Positions 1 through 20,981 of a stretch of 64,000 bases of DNA are shown here, piece after piece. Location of the stretch: NCBI RefSeq assembly GCF_009914755.1, contig NC_060927.1; one strand, given 5' to 3'. The notes beneath the pieces were generated by a model. That model searched no databases and was not told the DNA's origin. It saw only the letters and a list, made by a program, of their open reading frames with translations. The stretch is from the human T2T-CHM13v2.0 reference genome, Homo sapiens. Position 1 is the first letter of the stretch; every line of letters begins with the position of its first letter. The position numbers were made by a program, and so were the translations under genes.

Positions 1-1656
1 CTGCACTTCTCTCTTTTAATTTGGATTAAAATAAGAGAAAGAGTCCTGGTCCCTAATACGTTTCGCTAGTTCCTCATAGAGTATATAAATACCCTGTCGT
101 CCTCACTATTCTCCTTGTTTTAACCTGGACACGGAGTATAGCCAGGAGCTACAGTGTTCACTGTAGTTACGCTAATGACTATACCTCTGTTCAATGCTAC
201 AGGAAATTACATAACTTTTTTGGTTTTGGTGGTGTTGGGGAGCTACAAAACAGTTTTACTTTTTAACTGGTTCTCAACTAAAGCCTGTAAGTTTTGTTTT
301 TACCTTTTATTACGCCGGTACAAACAACATCAGAATAATTTAATGAACCCGCATGGACCCATCACCTAGCTTTAACACCTAGCTTTAAGGTTCCGCCATT
401 CTTGTTTCATATACTTTCAGCCATTCCGCAGCCCCCTACTTGAGTTACTGTTCTTTTGAAGTTTTTTGGTAAAATTTACATATATTGAAATGCCACAAAT
501 GTATCCATGCACATCCACATAAAGCATACAACCCATCACAACATAGAACGTTCCCACATCTCCAGACGTTCCCTCCTGTCCTGTGCCAGTCTCCTGCCCA
601 CCCCAGGCAACTAGTTTTCTAATTGTTTTTTTTTTAAATACTAGATTAGTTTGGCCAATTCTAGAGCTTCGTGTATTGAATGGAATTATATGGTATGTAC
701 TCCTCTGTATTTGGCATCTGCTCAGCATTATGTCTGTGAGATTCGTGTTGTATGTGATAGTAATTTATTCCTTTGAATTGCTGAGTATTCCATTGAATAC
801 TTATATCACAATTTGTTTTTCCGTTATCTTGTTCAAAGATGGGTATTTTGGTTTCTTCCAGATTTTAGCTATTATAAATAAAGCTGCTGTCAATATTCTT
901 GTACAGTAATTTTTGTGGATATATGTTTTCATTGTTCTTGGATAAATACCTAGGGGTGAAATTACTGGGTCAAGGGTAGGTGAATGTTTATAAAAAATAC
1001 TAACCCTTTCTCCAAAATACTCTACCATTTTACACCCCCATCAACAAAATATTAGTTATGGTTGCTGCATATCCTCACCAACAGATGTCCTTTCTAAGAA
1101 ATCTTTAAATACCCCCTAGGTCATAAAAATATTCTCCTGTGTTCTAGAAGCCTTCACTTTTAGGATTATGATTCATCTGAAATTAATTTTTATATATGAT
1201 GTGAGATAGGGGATCAATATCCTTTTTTTTTTTTTTTGCCCCATATGGGTATTCAGTTGCCTGGATTATGTACCTCTGTAATAAATATTGAAATCAGACA
1301 GTATTGTTATTGTAAGCATTCCTGCTTTGTTCTTCCTTTTCAAAATGATTTTGGCTATTTTAAGGCTTTTATATTTCCATATAAATTTATTTATTTTTTG
1401 GCAGGGGGAGGCTCAAAGACAGATCCATATAAATTTTAGAGTCAGCTTCTCAGTTTCTTCAAAAAAGCCTGATGGGTTTATGATTGGGATTGCATTTACT
1501 CTATAGATGATTTGGAGATAATTGACATCTAACAGTATCAAGTCTTTCAATCCATGAACATAATGTATGTTTCTCCATTTATTGAGGTGATGCATAATTT
1601 TTCTCAGCAAAAATGTATAGATCTTGCATTTTTTCTTCTGTTTTCTTTTCTCTCTC

Positions 1657-5545
<3,889 letters not shown>

Positions 5546-5688
5546 TTTACATCTATATTAATAAGGGATATTGGTCTGTAGTTTTTTTAATTTTATTTTT
5601 TAAATTTTATATTTATGGTTTTTTACCAACTACCTGCAAGGATACTGGTCTGTAGTTTTCTTTTCCTCTCTAATAATAACTTCAGGTT

Positions 5689-7142
5689 TATCGGGGGAAC
5701 CCGCCCCCAATATTTCAAAGTAGGTTCTTTCTATTTTCCCTAAGTGTCAGCCAGCTGAGAAATACAGAGAAAGAGTACAAAGAGTGGAATTTTACAGCTG
5801 GGCCTCCAGGGATGACATCACCTATCAGTAGGACCGTGATGCCCGCCTGAGCCGCAAAAGCAGCAGGTTTTTATTAAGGACTTTAAAAGGGGAGGGGGTG
5901 TACGAAGAGGGAGTAGGTCACAAAGATCACATGCTTCAAACAGCAAAAAGGAGAACAAAGATCACATGCTTCTGAGGCCAGTAAAGACCACAAGGCAAAG
6001 GGCAAAGCAAAGATCACAAGGCCAAGGGCGAAATCAAAAACTCCTGATAAGGGTCTGTGTTCAGCAGTGCACGTATTGTCTTGATAAACATCTTAAACAA
6101 CAGAAAACAGGGTTTGAGAGCAGAGAACCGGTCTGACCTCAAATTCACCAGGGTGGGGTTTTTTCCCCACCCTAATAACCCTGAGGGTACTGCAGGAGAC
6201 CAGGGCATATTTCAGTCCTTATCTCAACCACATAAGACAGACACTTCCAGAGTGGCCATTTATAGACCTCCCCCAAGGAATGCATTCCTTTCCCAGGGTC
6301 TTAAATATTCATTGCTGGGAAAAGAATTTAGCGATATCTTCCCTACTTGCACATCCATTTATAGACTCTCTGCAACAAGAAAAATATGGCTGTATTCTGC
6401 CCAACTCCTTAGGCAGTCACACCTTATGGTTGTCTTCCCTTGTTCCCTAAAATTGCTGTTATTCTGTTCTTTTTCAAGGTGCACTGATTTCATATTGTTC
6501 AAACACACATGTTTTACAATCAATTTATACAGTTAGATACAATTATCACAGTGGTCCTGAGGTGATGTACATCCTCAGCTTAGGAAGATAACAAGATTAA
6601 GAGATTAAAGTAAGACAGGCGTAAGAAGTTATAAGAGTACACTGGGCGTGGTGGCTTATGCCTGTAATCCCAGCAATTTGGGAGGCCGAGGCGGGCGGAT
6701 CACGAGGTCAGGAGATCGAAACCATCCTGGCTAACACGGTGAAACCCCGTCTGTACTAAAAATAAAAAAAAAAAATTAGCTGGGTGTGGTGGCAGGCACC
6801 TGTAGTCCCAGCTACTTGGGAGGCTGAGGCAGGAGAATGGTGTGAGCTTGCAGTGAGCTGAGATTGCACCACTGTACTCCAGCCTGGGTAACAGAGCAAG
6901 ACTCTGTCTCAAAAAAAAAAAGAAAAGAAATTGTAAGAGTATTATTTGGGAACTGATAAATGTCCATGAAATCTTCACAATTTATGTTCAGAGATTGCAG
7001 TAAAGACAGGCATACGAAATTATAAAAGTATTAATTTTGGGAACTGTATGTGTCCATATTAAAATGAAATCTTCACAATTTATGTTCCTCTGCCGCGCCT
7101 CCAGCCGGTCCCTCCGTTCAGGGTCCCTGACTTCCTGCAACA
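5689..7142 (-). mobile_element. MER11 solo LTR (HERV-K11/HML-8), interrupted by an Alu
   Basis: Minus strand begins tgttgcaggaagtcagggacc and ends gttcccccgata. Perfect 6-bp TSD CAGGTT at 5683-5688 and 7143-7148. Confidence 0.88.
6640..6924 (+). mobile_element. Alu (AluY/Sc-like) inserted in MER11
   Basis: Alu consensus with a 17-bp TSD, aagaagttataagagta / aagaaattgtaagagta. Confidence 0.9.
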
Positions 7143-8279
7143 CAGGTTTGGTATCAGGATAATGCTGGTCTCATAGCATGAGTTGGGACATGTCCCATTT
7201 TCTTCTATATTCAGGAAGAGTCTCTGTAGAATCAATGTTGTTTCTTCCTTAAATGTTTAGTAGAATTCACTAATTAAGCCATCTCAGTCTGGAATTTTCT
7301 TTTTTGAAAGTCATAAACTATGAACTCATAAACTTTGATATTGGACTATTCAGGTTATTTATTTCTTAACAGTGTTTTATTAAGTTATGTCTCTCAAAGA
7401 ATTTCACTTCATTTAAGTTGTCAAATTTATGGACATGAAGTTTTTCATAACATTCCTTTATGATCATCTCTAAATGGCTGGAAAGTCTGTAGTGATATCT
7501 TCTGTGTAGTTTCTGACATTGGTAGTTTGTATTCTCTCTGTCTTTTTTTTTTTTGAGATAGGGTCTCACTCTGTTGCCTAGTTTGAAGTGCAATAGCACG
7601 ATCACTGCTCACTGCAGCCTTGAACTCCTGAGCTCAAGCAATCCTCCCACCTTAGCCTCCCAAAGTGCTGGGATTATAGGTATGAGCCACCATGCCAGCC
7701 TTAGTGCTTTCTTTGAGTTTAATATATATATATTTTTTTTAGTATCTTAAGGTGGAACCTTAGATCATGAATTTGAGATCTTTTTTCTAAAATAGGCATT
7801 TAAAGCTATCAGTTTCCTCTAAATACTCCTTTAGCTGTATCCCACAAATATTAACTTGTAATTTTATTTTCATTTACTTCTATTTTCTAATTTCCCTTGT
7901 AATTTTCTCTACTAACTAAGGGTTATTTAGAAGTTTGTTGTTTGATTTTTTCAAAAGTATTTGGGGATTTTCCCAGATATTGTTCTGAAATTGCATTCTA
8001 GTCGAATTTTGTTATTGATAGAGAGCATCCTTTTTACCAGTTCTTTTATGTCTTAAAGTTTGTTTTATGGCCCAAAATATGATCTAGCTAGGTGAATGTC
8101 CCACACGCACTGAAGCAGAATGTACAACACAAAATATTGAGTGTTTGCTCCAGTGACTACAATATATGTAGTGTACTTATGGTATCTATTTAAAATAGTC
8201 ATGTTAAATATGGGACATTTTCAACAGCATAATTTCATTCATTTTGCTGTTGTTGTAATATAATATTGTAAATATATTA

Positions 8280-8687
<408 letters not shown>

Positions 8688-8734
8688 TTATTTGTCTCCA
8701 AAGAAATTAACAGAAGAAAAGAAGTGTGTATAAT

Positions 8735-9274
8735 TGTGTTGAGGATTCCCAAGACCACTCCAGGTTTGGTGATTGCTAGGTGGCCTCGCTAGATTCAGCT
8801 TGTCGTCATACTCACAGCTGAGATTTATTACAGTGAAGGCATACAAAGTAAAATCAGCAAAGGGAAAAGGATCATGGGACAAAGACTAGAGGAAATTAGG
8901 CAAAAACTTCCAAGAGTCCTCTCCTAGTAGAGTCACTTAGGACCTGCTTAATTCCTTCAGCAGTGAGTTGTGACAGCGTGCACAAAGTGTGGTCTACCAG
9001 GGAAGATTACCTGATTCTTAGAGTCCAGGGTTTTTATTGGAGGCTGGTCACGTAGACAAAATTTCAGCCACTGAAATTTCAGACTCCAGAAGCAAGCAAA
9101 TGTTCAACATAAACCATATTGTTTCTGCAAATAGTTTAGACACAATGAGCCATCCTTATAACCTAGTGAAGTTTTAAATTACACTTCTAGATGCCAGCAA
9201 AAGGTCAACCTTGCAAGCAGGACTTCCTACAGAGAGCAGCAATCTCTGACCTGCTGTGTTGACTCTTCTGCACA
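8735..9274 (-). mobile_element. MER21-like LTR
   Basis: tgtg...caca termini; resembles MER21 consensus from recall. Confidence 0.6.
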
Positions 9275-9612
9275 ATAGTCTTTCATATCTATTCACGTAT
9301 TTACCATTTCCAATAGCTTTTATTTCTTCCTACAGAAACAGGTTACCCTTTTGTGTTATTTCCATTCCCACGAATAACTTCTTTTAGCATTTCCTGTAGT
9401 GTAGGTCTGCTGGTGATCAGTTTTCTCAGATGTATGTGAAATGTCTTTATTTCCTCTTCATTTTTGAAGGGTACTTTCATTGGATATAGACTTCTGTGTT
9501 GAATTTCTTTATTTTAGCCCTTTCCTGTTTATTTCATTGTCTTCTGTTCTTTATTGTTCTTCACAGAAAGTCAATGCCATTCGTACTTCTCTTCCCTTCC
9601 TATGTATAATGT

Positions 9613-9957
9613 TGTATTAGTTCTCACACTGCTATAAAGATACTACCTGAGACTGGGTAATTTATAAAGGAAAGTGGTTTACAGTTCCACATGGCTGGGG
9701 AGGCCTCAGGAAACTTACAATCATGGTGGAAGATGAAGGAGAAGCAAGGACCTTCTTTACATGGTGGCAGGAGAGAGAAGTACAAGCAGGGGAAATGCCA
9801 GAGGCTTGCTTATAAAACCATCAGATCTTGTGAGAACTCACTATCATGAGAACAGCATGGGGAAACACCCCCATGATCCAGTCACCTCCTTCCCTTGACA
9901 TGTGGGATTACAATTTAAGATGCAATTTGGCTGGGGATGCAGAGCCAAACCATATAA
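9613..9957 (-). mobile_element. MaLR LTR (THE1/MST family)
   Basis: tgtattag...acctgagactgggtaatttataaag...gccaaaccatat; 5-bp TSD AATGT. Confidence 0.85.
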
Positions 9958-10576
9958 AATGTGTTGTTTTTCTCTCATTGCTTTCAATATTTTATCTTTA
10001 TTTTTAGATGTCACAAGTTTGCCTATGATGTACCTGGTTGTTGTTTGTTTGTTTTTGGGGACAAAGTCTCACTCTGTTGCCCAGGCTGGAGTGCAGTGGC
10101 ACGATCTTGGCTCACTGAAACCTCCGCCTCCCGGGTTCAAGTGATTCTCATGCCTCAGCTTCCTGAGGAGCTGGGATTACAGGCATGAACCACCACGCCC
10201 AGCCTTGTTTGTTTTTTATCCTGCTTGAGGTTTAGTGAACTTCTTGGATCTGTAAGTTGATGTCTTTCACCAAATTTGAAATTTTTTAGCTGTTATTTCT
10301 TTCAAATATATATTCTGTCTCATATTTTCTCCTGTCCTTATAGGACTCTAATTACCTATCTGCTAGACTGCTTGGTACCCATTCTCTGAGTCTCTGTTCT
10401 TTTTTTTTTTTTTTTTTTTTTTTAGTCTTTTTCATTTCTCTTCTTCGGATTGGATAATGTCTAGATCTATCTTCAAGTTCACTGATGCTTCTGCCATCTC
10501 CAATCTTCTTTTAATTCTTTCTAGTGAATTTTTTTTTTTGAGACTGTCTTGCTCTGTCACCCAGGCTGTAGGGTGA

Positions 10577-10822
<246 letters not shown>

Positions 10823-11649
10823 TGAATTTTTCATTTTAATTGTTATACTTTTAAGCTCTAGAATTTCCATTTGGCTCTTTTTTCTTTGGTTCTTTTCATA
10901 GTGTCTCTTCTGAGGTTCACTATCTGCTTACTCATTATGTGTATGTTTTCTTTTAAGTTCCTGAACACATTTCAGCTGCATTAAACTAGTTGTTTAAATT
11001 CAGGTCCTCTTAGGGTCTGTTTCTATTCCCTGCTTTTTCCCCCATTGTGGATCTCATTTTCCCATTTTGTTCTCATTGCTGCTGATTTTTTATTAAATAA
11101 TGGACACCATAGATAATATATTGTAAAGTCTGGATTCTGTTGTATTTCTCTGAATAATTTTTTTTTTTTTGTAGCTGGCGTTTAACTTAACTGTATTCAA
11201 AATTCCAAACTCTTATCTCCTGTTGTTGGCAACATTTATTCTTTGCTGGGTTTTATCGCATACATATGTAATTTCGTTGTCAGCCAAGGAATTTAGTGGT
11301 CAGTCAAATATTTGACTGGGTTTCATATGCAGATTTTGGGGTACCTTCTGTGGCTTCTTCTCTTGCAAGATTTCCTCTCTAACTTCTAATTTTCTGGTGA
11401 TACAAGTTCTGAACATTTTGCTGTAGCTCCTCAAGCCAGTGAGGCTCTGACTTCCTGCCACTCCAAGAGACACAGATTAGGTAGTGCTCTCAAGCCAAAG
11501 TTAGACTTGCAAATCTCAGAGATACAATTCCTGTATTCCAAGAGTAGATTCTTCCAGATTCTGTCTTTCTCCCTCCCCAAAATACTGTCAGACAGTATAT
11601 TTTGTCCGGACTTTGTAATGTGTTATCTGTGGGGAGGTTAGTCATGTAA

Positions 11650-11877
<228 letters not shown>

Positions 11878-12831
11878 TAGTAGAGATGGGGTTTCACCAT
11901 GTTAGCCAGGATGGTCTCAGTCTCCTGACCTTGTGATCTGCCTGCCTCGGCCTCCCAAAGTCCCAAAGTGCTGGGATTACAGGCGTGAGCCACCGTGTCT
12001 GGCCTCTGATGGTTTTTTAAGGGCCATAAAATAATCTGTTACCTGGAGATAGGTTGGAATGGAATGAGTAAAATACTGGAAGTAGGGTGTCAGGCCATCA
12101 TAGCAGAGCAGGCAATACGTATTGTGAAAATCTGTGACTGTTACTATGTTATATTAATAGATCAAACGTAGTTTTCTACAAAATATAGAATTCTGTTTTC
12201 TTGTATACATCTGCAGAAATAGTATAAAAATAAAAATGTGGTTGTCCATTGCTGGAATTATATGAGTGAGATAGTATACAGCTTACTTTTAGTTAAGCTA
12301 ACACAATTTTTTCTTTTGTACATCAAGAGTTTCCTAAAGTGTTGATACTGCTGAGACCTTTCTTGACTTCTTTTATTCATCCCTGAAAAAATCATGTAAA
12401 TAGTAAATGAGAACTGGAGAAAAAATTCAAAATGGAAACCTCTTTCATAAATAAATTTTTGTCCTCTTTTAAAGTAATTGAAGATACTTTTGGTCTCTTC
12501 CTGTCATTTTCTCAAGACTCAAAATTGGCTAAACTAGAAATTATGTAAGATCACTACAAATAAGTGACAGAGAACCCTAAAAGCTTTTTGGCAGCTACTG
12601 TATCCATAATGATTTAGTCATGTGACTTGAATTTATGGTTCTTGCCTTCCAAATGGCAGCCCTTGCTTGGGAGAGCTTTGAGGTTCAAGAATGCTGACAC
12701 AGTGGAATATGGGTCACAGAACTTTTTCTCTGGGTATTACACTTGAAATTTAGTTCATTAATTTTAAGTTTGGATTGCAGTGGGTTAATCTGTATGTCTT
12801 AAACAGTTTTCAAATCCGTTCCTTTTTTCAG

Positions 12832-12929
12832 GTCATAAATAAAGTTCATCTTAAGGCAAATCATGTGGTCAAGAGAGATGTTGATGAGCATTTAAGAATC
12901 AAGACTGTCTATGATAAAAGTGTTGAAGA
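12832..12929 (+). CDS. LMLN: LMLN coding exon ([33 protein letters not shown])
   Basis: ccttttttcag acceptor, GA|gtaagt donor, 98 nt, phase 0 to 2. Confidence 0.92.
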
Positions 12930-13244
12930 GTAAGTACACCATTGTATTGTCATCTTTTTCATTATTAATCTAAATGTTAAAGATATTTTTGTCTGTTACC
13001 TGAAGTTCTAAGAATCCATAGATAAAACTTAAGGACTAGTGTAGCTTCAAAATGGAATTAAGCTGAAAATGCATTTTAGTCTGAAAATATGAAAGCCATG
13101 GGATATGATTAAAGTCTTTATGAATAATTTTCTTTTACCATCTTCCTTTCCTGGTCAATCATGAATAATTTAAACAGAACAAATGTGGATCTACTTGGAT
13201 GTGGACAGTAACAGACCTGGAAGGTACTCTTCAATAAGTACTAG

Positions 13245-13446
13245 TGTTACCAGAAAGAGGTCTGGCCCAGATTCCAGGAGAGGGTTCTTGGATCTCTCAT
13301 GAGAAAGAATTAGAAGCAAATCCATAGAGTAAAGTGAAAGCAAGGTTATTAGAAAAGTAAAGGAATAAAAGAATGGCTGCTCCATAGGCAGAGCAGGCCC
13401 AAGGCCTGCTGGTTGCCCATTTTTATGGTTATTTCTTGATTACATG
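13245..13446 (-). mobile_element. ERV1 MER4-group (LTR8-like) LTR fragment
   Basis: tgttacc...agagggttcttggatctc...gagtaaagtgaaagcaag, recalled consensus. Confidence 0.55.
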
Positions 13447-13496
13447 TGCTATGCCTCTGAGAGATAATCCTTATGTTTTTATGTCATTATTTTCAG

Positions 13497-13527
13497 GTTG
13501 CTCCCTGAGAAAAAGAATCTTGTAAAG
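13497..13527 (+). CDS. LMLN: LMLN 31-nt coding micro-exon (LLPEKKNLVK)
   Basis: ttttcag acceptor, AAG|gtatgt donor; needed to link phase 2 to phase 0. Confidence 0.9.
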
Positions 13528-13923
13528 GTATGTAATAAATACTCATAACTTGAATTGGACACTTAAAATTTTATTGCATGGAAATTCTACTTCAGTAAAG
13601 AAAAATATATACATGACTTTTGTGACTGAATGAAAGGTGTTGGTAGTGAAAGTGCTGATCATTTCACAAAAGGTGTCTTTGTGATGCTCTCATGAAAACT
13701 TTGTTGGTATTGGGCATTAAATTAGTCTTTTTTTGTAATTTGATAATCAGTTTTCTCATTTTTCTGCTTGCTTTCTCAAGTTTTTGGGGAGCAAATCATG
13801 CAGAGAATAGGGTGAAAAACAATTTTTGAAACACATTGACAACACTGTTCTCTTGGTGGAAATGTTTATTTTCCTGAGGATTGATTTACCTGATAACCAC
13901 ATCAGATTTTTAACTGTGTGGAG

Positions 13924-14006
13924 ACACACACACATGCACGCATGCACACACACGCGCACGTGCACGCACACACATGCGCACATGCACGCACACATGCACA
14001 CACACA
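13924..14006. repeat. 83-nt uninterrupted alternating purine-pyrimidine tract (CA/CG/TG)
   Basis: Alternation checked base by base. Confidence 0.9.
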
Positions 14007-14483
14007 AAGCCAGTTCACTATGGGCGACAGAAATTGATGACTTTAATTAAAGGTAAGATTTTCTTAACATAAACTATCTTAGTGTTGGAATCATCTAAGT
14101 TAGTCCATCATTCATAGTAATCTAGATTAATAGTTGAGATATATCACAGTTTTGTTAAAGGTGTAGTATCGAAGGAAATTAATATTTAATTAAAAATAAA
14201 AAATAGTTGAGATATATGTTTTCTGGCTTTCTATTTAAATGGGGCTAGGGAAGGAAATTTCTGCCTAATGCTGTTTTCCCAAGCTGAACTAGAAAATGGG
14301 GGAAATTCTTTTCCTCCTAGACTTACTCTCTTCCTACCCCTTGCCATACAACCTTGACTAACTAATATCTGTATTCCAGAATTATAAAGCTTTTTTTCAT
14401 TACTATCCTGTGTTTGCTTCTTTTAAATATAATTTATCTCTTCCTTATAATTCTGTTTCTTTTTTTTTTTAACTTTTATTTAG

Positions 14484-14566
14484 AACAAGCTTTTCCCACA
14501 AGCGATTTCTTATTTAGAGAAGACTTTTCAGGTCCGTCGACCTGCGGGCACTATCTTACTTAGCAG
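14484..14566 (+). CDS. LMLN: LMLN coding exon ([28 protein letters not shown])
   Basis: poly-T...tttag acceptor, CAG|gtatgt donor, 83 nt. Confidence 0.92.
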
Positions 14567-15052
14567 GTATGTCACATGAAACACAGATCATTTTCTTCAG
14601 CCGTTTAGTACTCTGCCTTTCTCGTTCTATGAACATGGCAAGGTATGAAACTTATACTAGAATTTTATTATGCTTGTTCTTAGGGACCTAACTGCAAGGT
14701 ATTTAAAAAGAATAAAAAAGCACCTGCTGGATAATCATTCTTTCCCTGACCTTTCATTGTGAGATGGTCTACTGAATTTTTTCTGGGTGTAGTTGTCCCC
14801 TGTTCTCCAGATCACCTTTTTCCCTCTTTCATGTGGATACAGTGTTGGCTTTATGAAGTATTTGGGTGTTTAAAAACCCAAATCAAGAGGATTTCCTATA
14901 GAACCCAAATTCTTTCTTAGCTACTTTCCTGACTAAAATAGTAACATTATTAATGAAGTAATATAGCAGCTACCAGTTGGTTTCCATGTTTTTAACTGCT
15001 ATAAAATATTCTCTTTTTTGTATTTAAACTTTGATGTACAAATGGACTGAAG

Positions 15053-15170
15053 ACAATGTGCAACAAACCAATACCTCCGGAAGGAAAACGATCCTCACAG
15101 GTACTGCACCGGGGAGTGTGCCGCACACACAAAGTGCGGCCCCGTTATTGTTCCTGAGGAACATCTCCAG
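15053..15170 (+). CDS. LMLN: LMLN coding exon ([39 protein letters not shown])
   Basis: Atypical ctgaag acceptor, CAG|gtattt donor, 118 nt; frame continuous with neighbours. Confidence 0.88.
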
Positions 15171-15795
15171 GTATTTCACCCTGCTCTTGGCAGTGCTTTT
15201 ACACCTGAGGAGATTTTGAATTTGTGAGTGTCACAGAATTTTTACAGATTCAAGTTCAAAGGCTTAGTAGCTTCCTTGGTCTACAAAAAGTAACCACAGA
15301 TATGCTGATTTTATTCTTTCATTAGCTTTCAAGTGAGTTTAATGGTATTTTCTTTCTTCACTCCTCCCCACAGGCCTCCTTGCCCCTGTTTATCTTGGTC
15401 TGCTGAATCACTTTAGCTTAGAACATTATCTTGTCTTCCAAAATATCTTTTAGCAAGGCATATATCTCAGTTTGTTAAAGGACAGTCTGACATCTCTTAA
15501 GATAAAAAATATGTATGCCTCAACCCAACCTAGAAATTTATTCCACAAAATACTAATGGCTACGTAATATATGTTTAAAGGTGTTCTTTGCAAAACTATA
15601 AATATGCCTATTTAGGGTATATTTATGTTAAGTTATGGTATAACCACGTAGTAGAATACTGTGCAGTTGTTAAAAAGTGAAGGAGATCTCTATGTACTGA
15701 CTTGGAAAGATGTTTAACCTCTTACATGAAAAAAATGTTGCGAATCAGTATGCAGTTAGCCCATTTTATTTGAAAGTATAGAAACACAGACAATA

Positions 15796-16682
15796 AAAAA
15801 ATGATCAAACAATCTGGAAGTACACACGTTAAATCTGGGTACATATAAAATCATCAAACAATCTGGAAGTACACACATGTTAAACCTGGATACATAAAAA
15901 ATTATCAAACAATCTGGAAGTACACACACGTTAAATCTGGATACATATAAAAATGATCAAACAATCTGGAAGTATACACACGTTAAATCTGGATACATAT
16001 AAAAATCATCAAACCATCTGGAAGTATACACACGTTAAATCTGGATACATATAAAAATTATCAAACAATCTGGAAGCACACACTTGTTAAATCTGGATAC
16101 ATATAAAAATCATCAAACAATCTGGAAGTATACACACGTTAAATCTGGATACATATAAAAAATCACCAAACAATCTGGAAGTATACACACGTTAATTCTG
16201 GATACATATAAAAATCATCAAACAGTCTGGAAGTATACACACGTTAAATCTGGATACATACAAAAATCATCAAACAGTCTGGAAGTACACACACGTTAAA
16301 TCTGGATACATATAAAAATCATCAAACAATCTGGAAGTATACACACGTTAATTCTGGATACATATAAAAATCATCAAACAATCTGGAAGTATACACACGT
16401 TAAATCTGGATACATATAAAAATTATCAAACAATCTGGAAGTACACACACGTTAAATCTGGATACATATAAAAATCATCAAACCATCTGGAAGTATACAC
16501 ACGTTAAATCTGGATACATATAAAAATTATCAAACAATCTGGAAGCACACACACGTTAAATATGGATACATATAAAAATCATCAAACAATCTGGAAGTAT
16601 ACACACGTTAAATCTGGATACATATAAAAATCATCAAACATCTGGAAGTATACACACGTTAATTCTGGATACATATAAAAAT
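15796..16682. repeat. Minisatellite, ~52 bp unit x ~17 (aaaaatcatcaaacaatctggaagtatacacacgttaaatctggatacatat)
   Basis: Tandem units read directly; flanks resemble an old L1ME 3' end. Confidence 0.95.
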
Positions 16683-16808
16683 GTTAATCATTTCTTTAAG
16701 AGATTGTTGGGGAAAGTGCTTTTCTTTCATAAGTTATGGAGATTTTTGTGATGTTCTGAGTTTTCTTATTGAACATCTATTACTTATATCAAAAAAATAA
16801 AAAATTTA

Positions 16809-20981
<4,173 letters not shown>

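Noticed and set aside
1-450. Promoter or first exon at the window start
   Set aside because: Only scattered CpGs, no CpG island and no identifiable exon. The first exon is presumably upstream of the window.
6057-6536. 159-aa ORF
   Set aside because: Lies wholly within the MER11 LTR, has a non-ATG start and no recognisable domain.
14567-15052. U12-type (minor) intron suggested by the missing pyrimidine tract
   Set aside because: The donor is gtatgtca rather than RTATCCTT, and no TCCTTAAC branch site lies near the acceptor.
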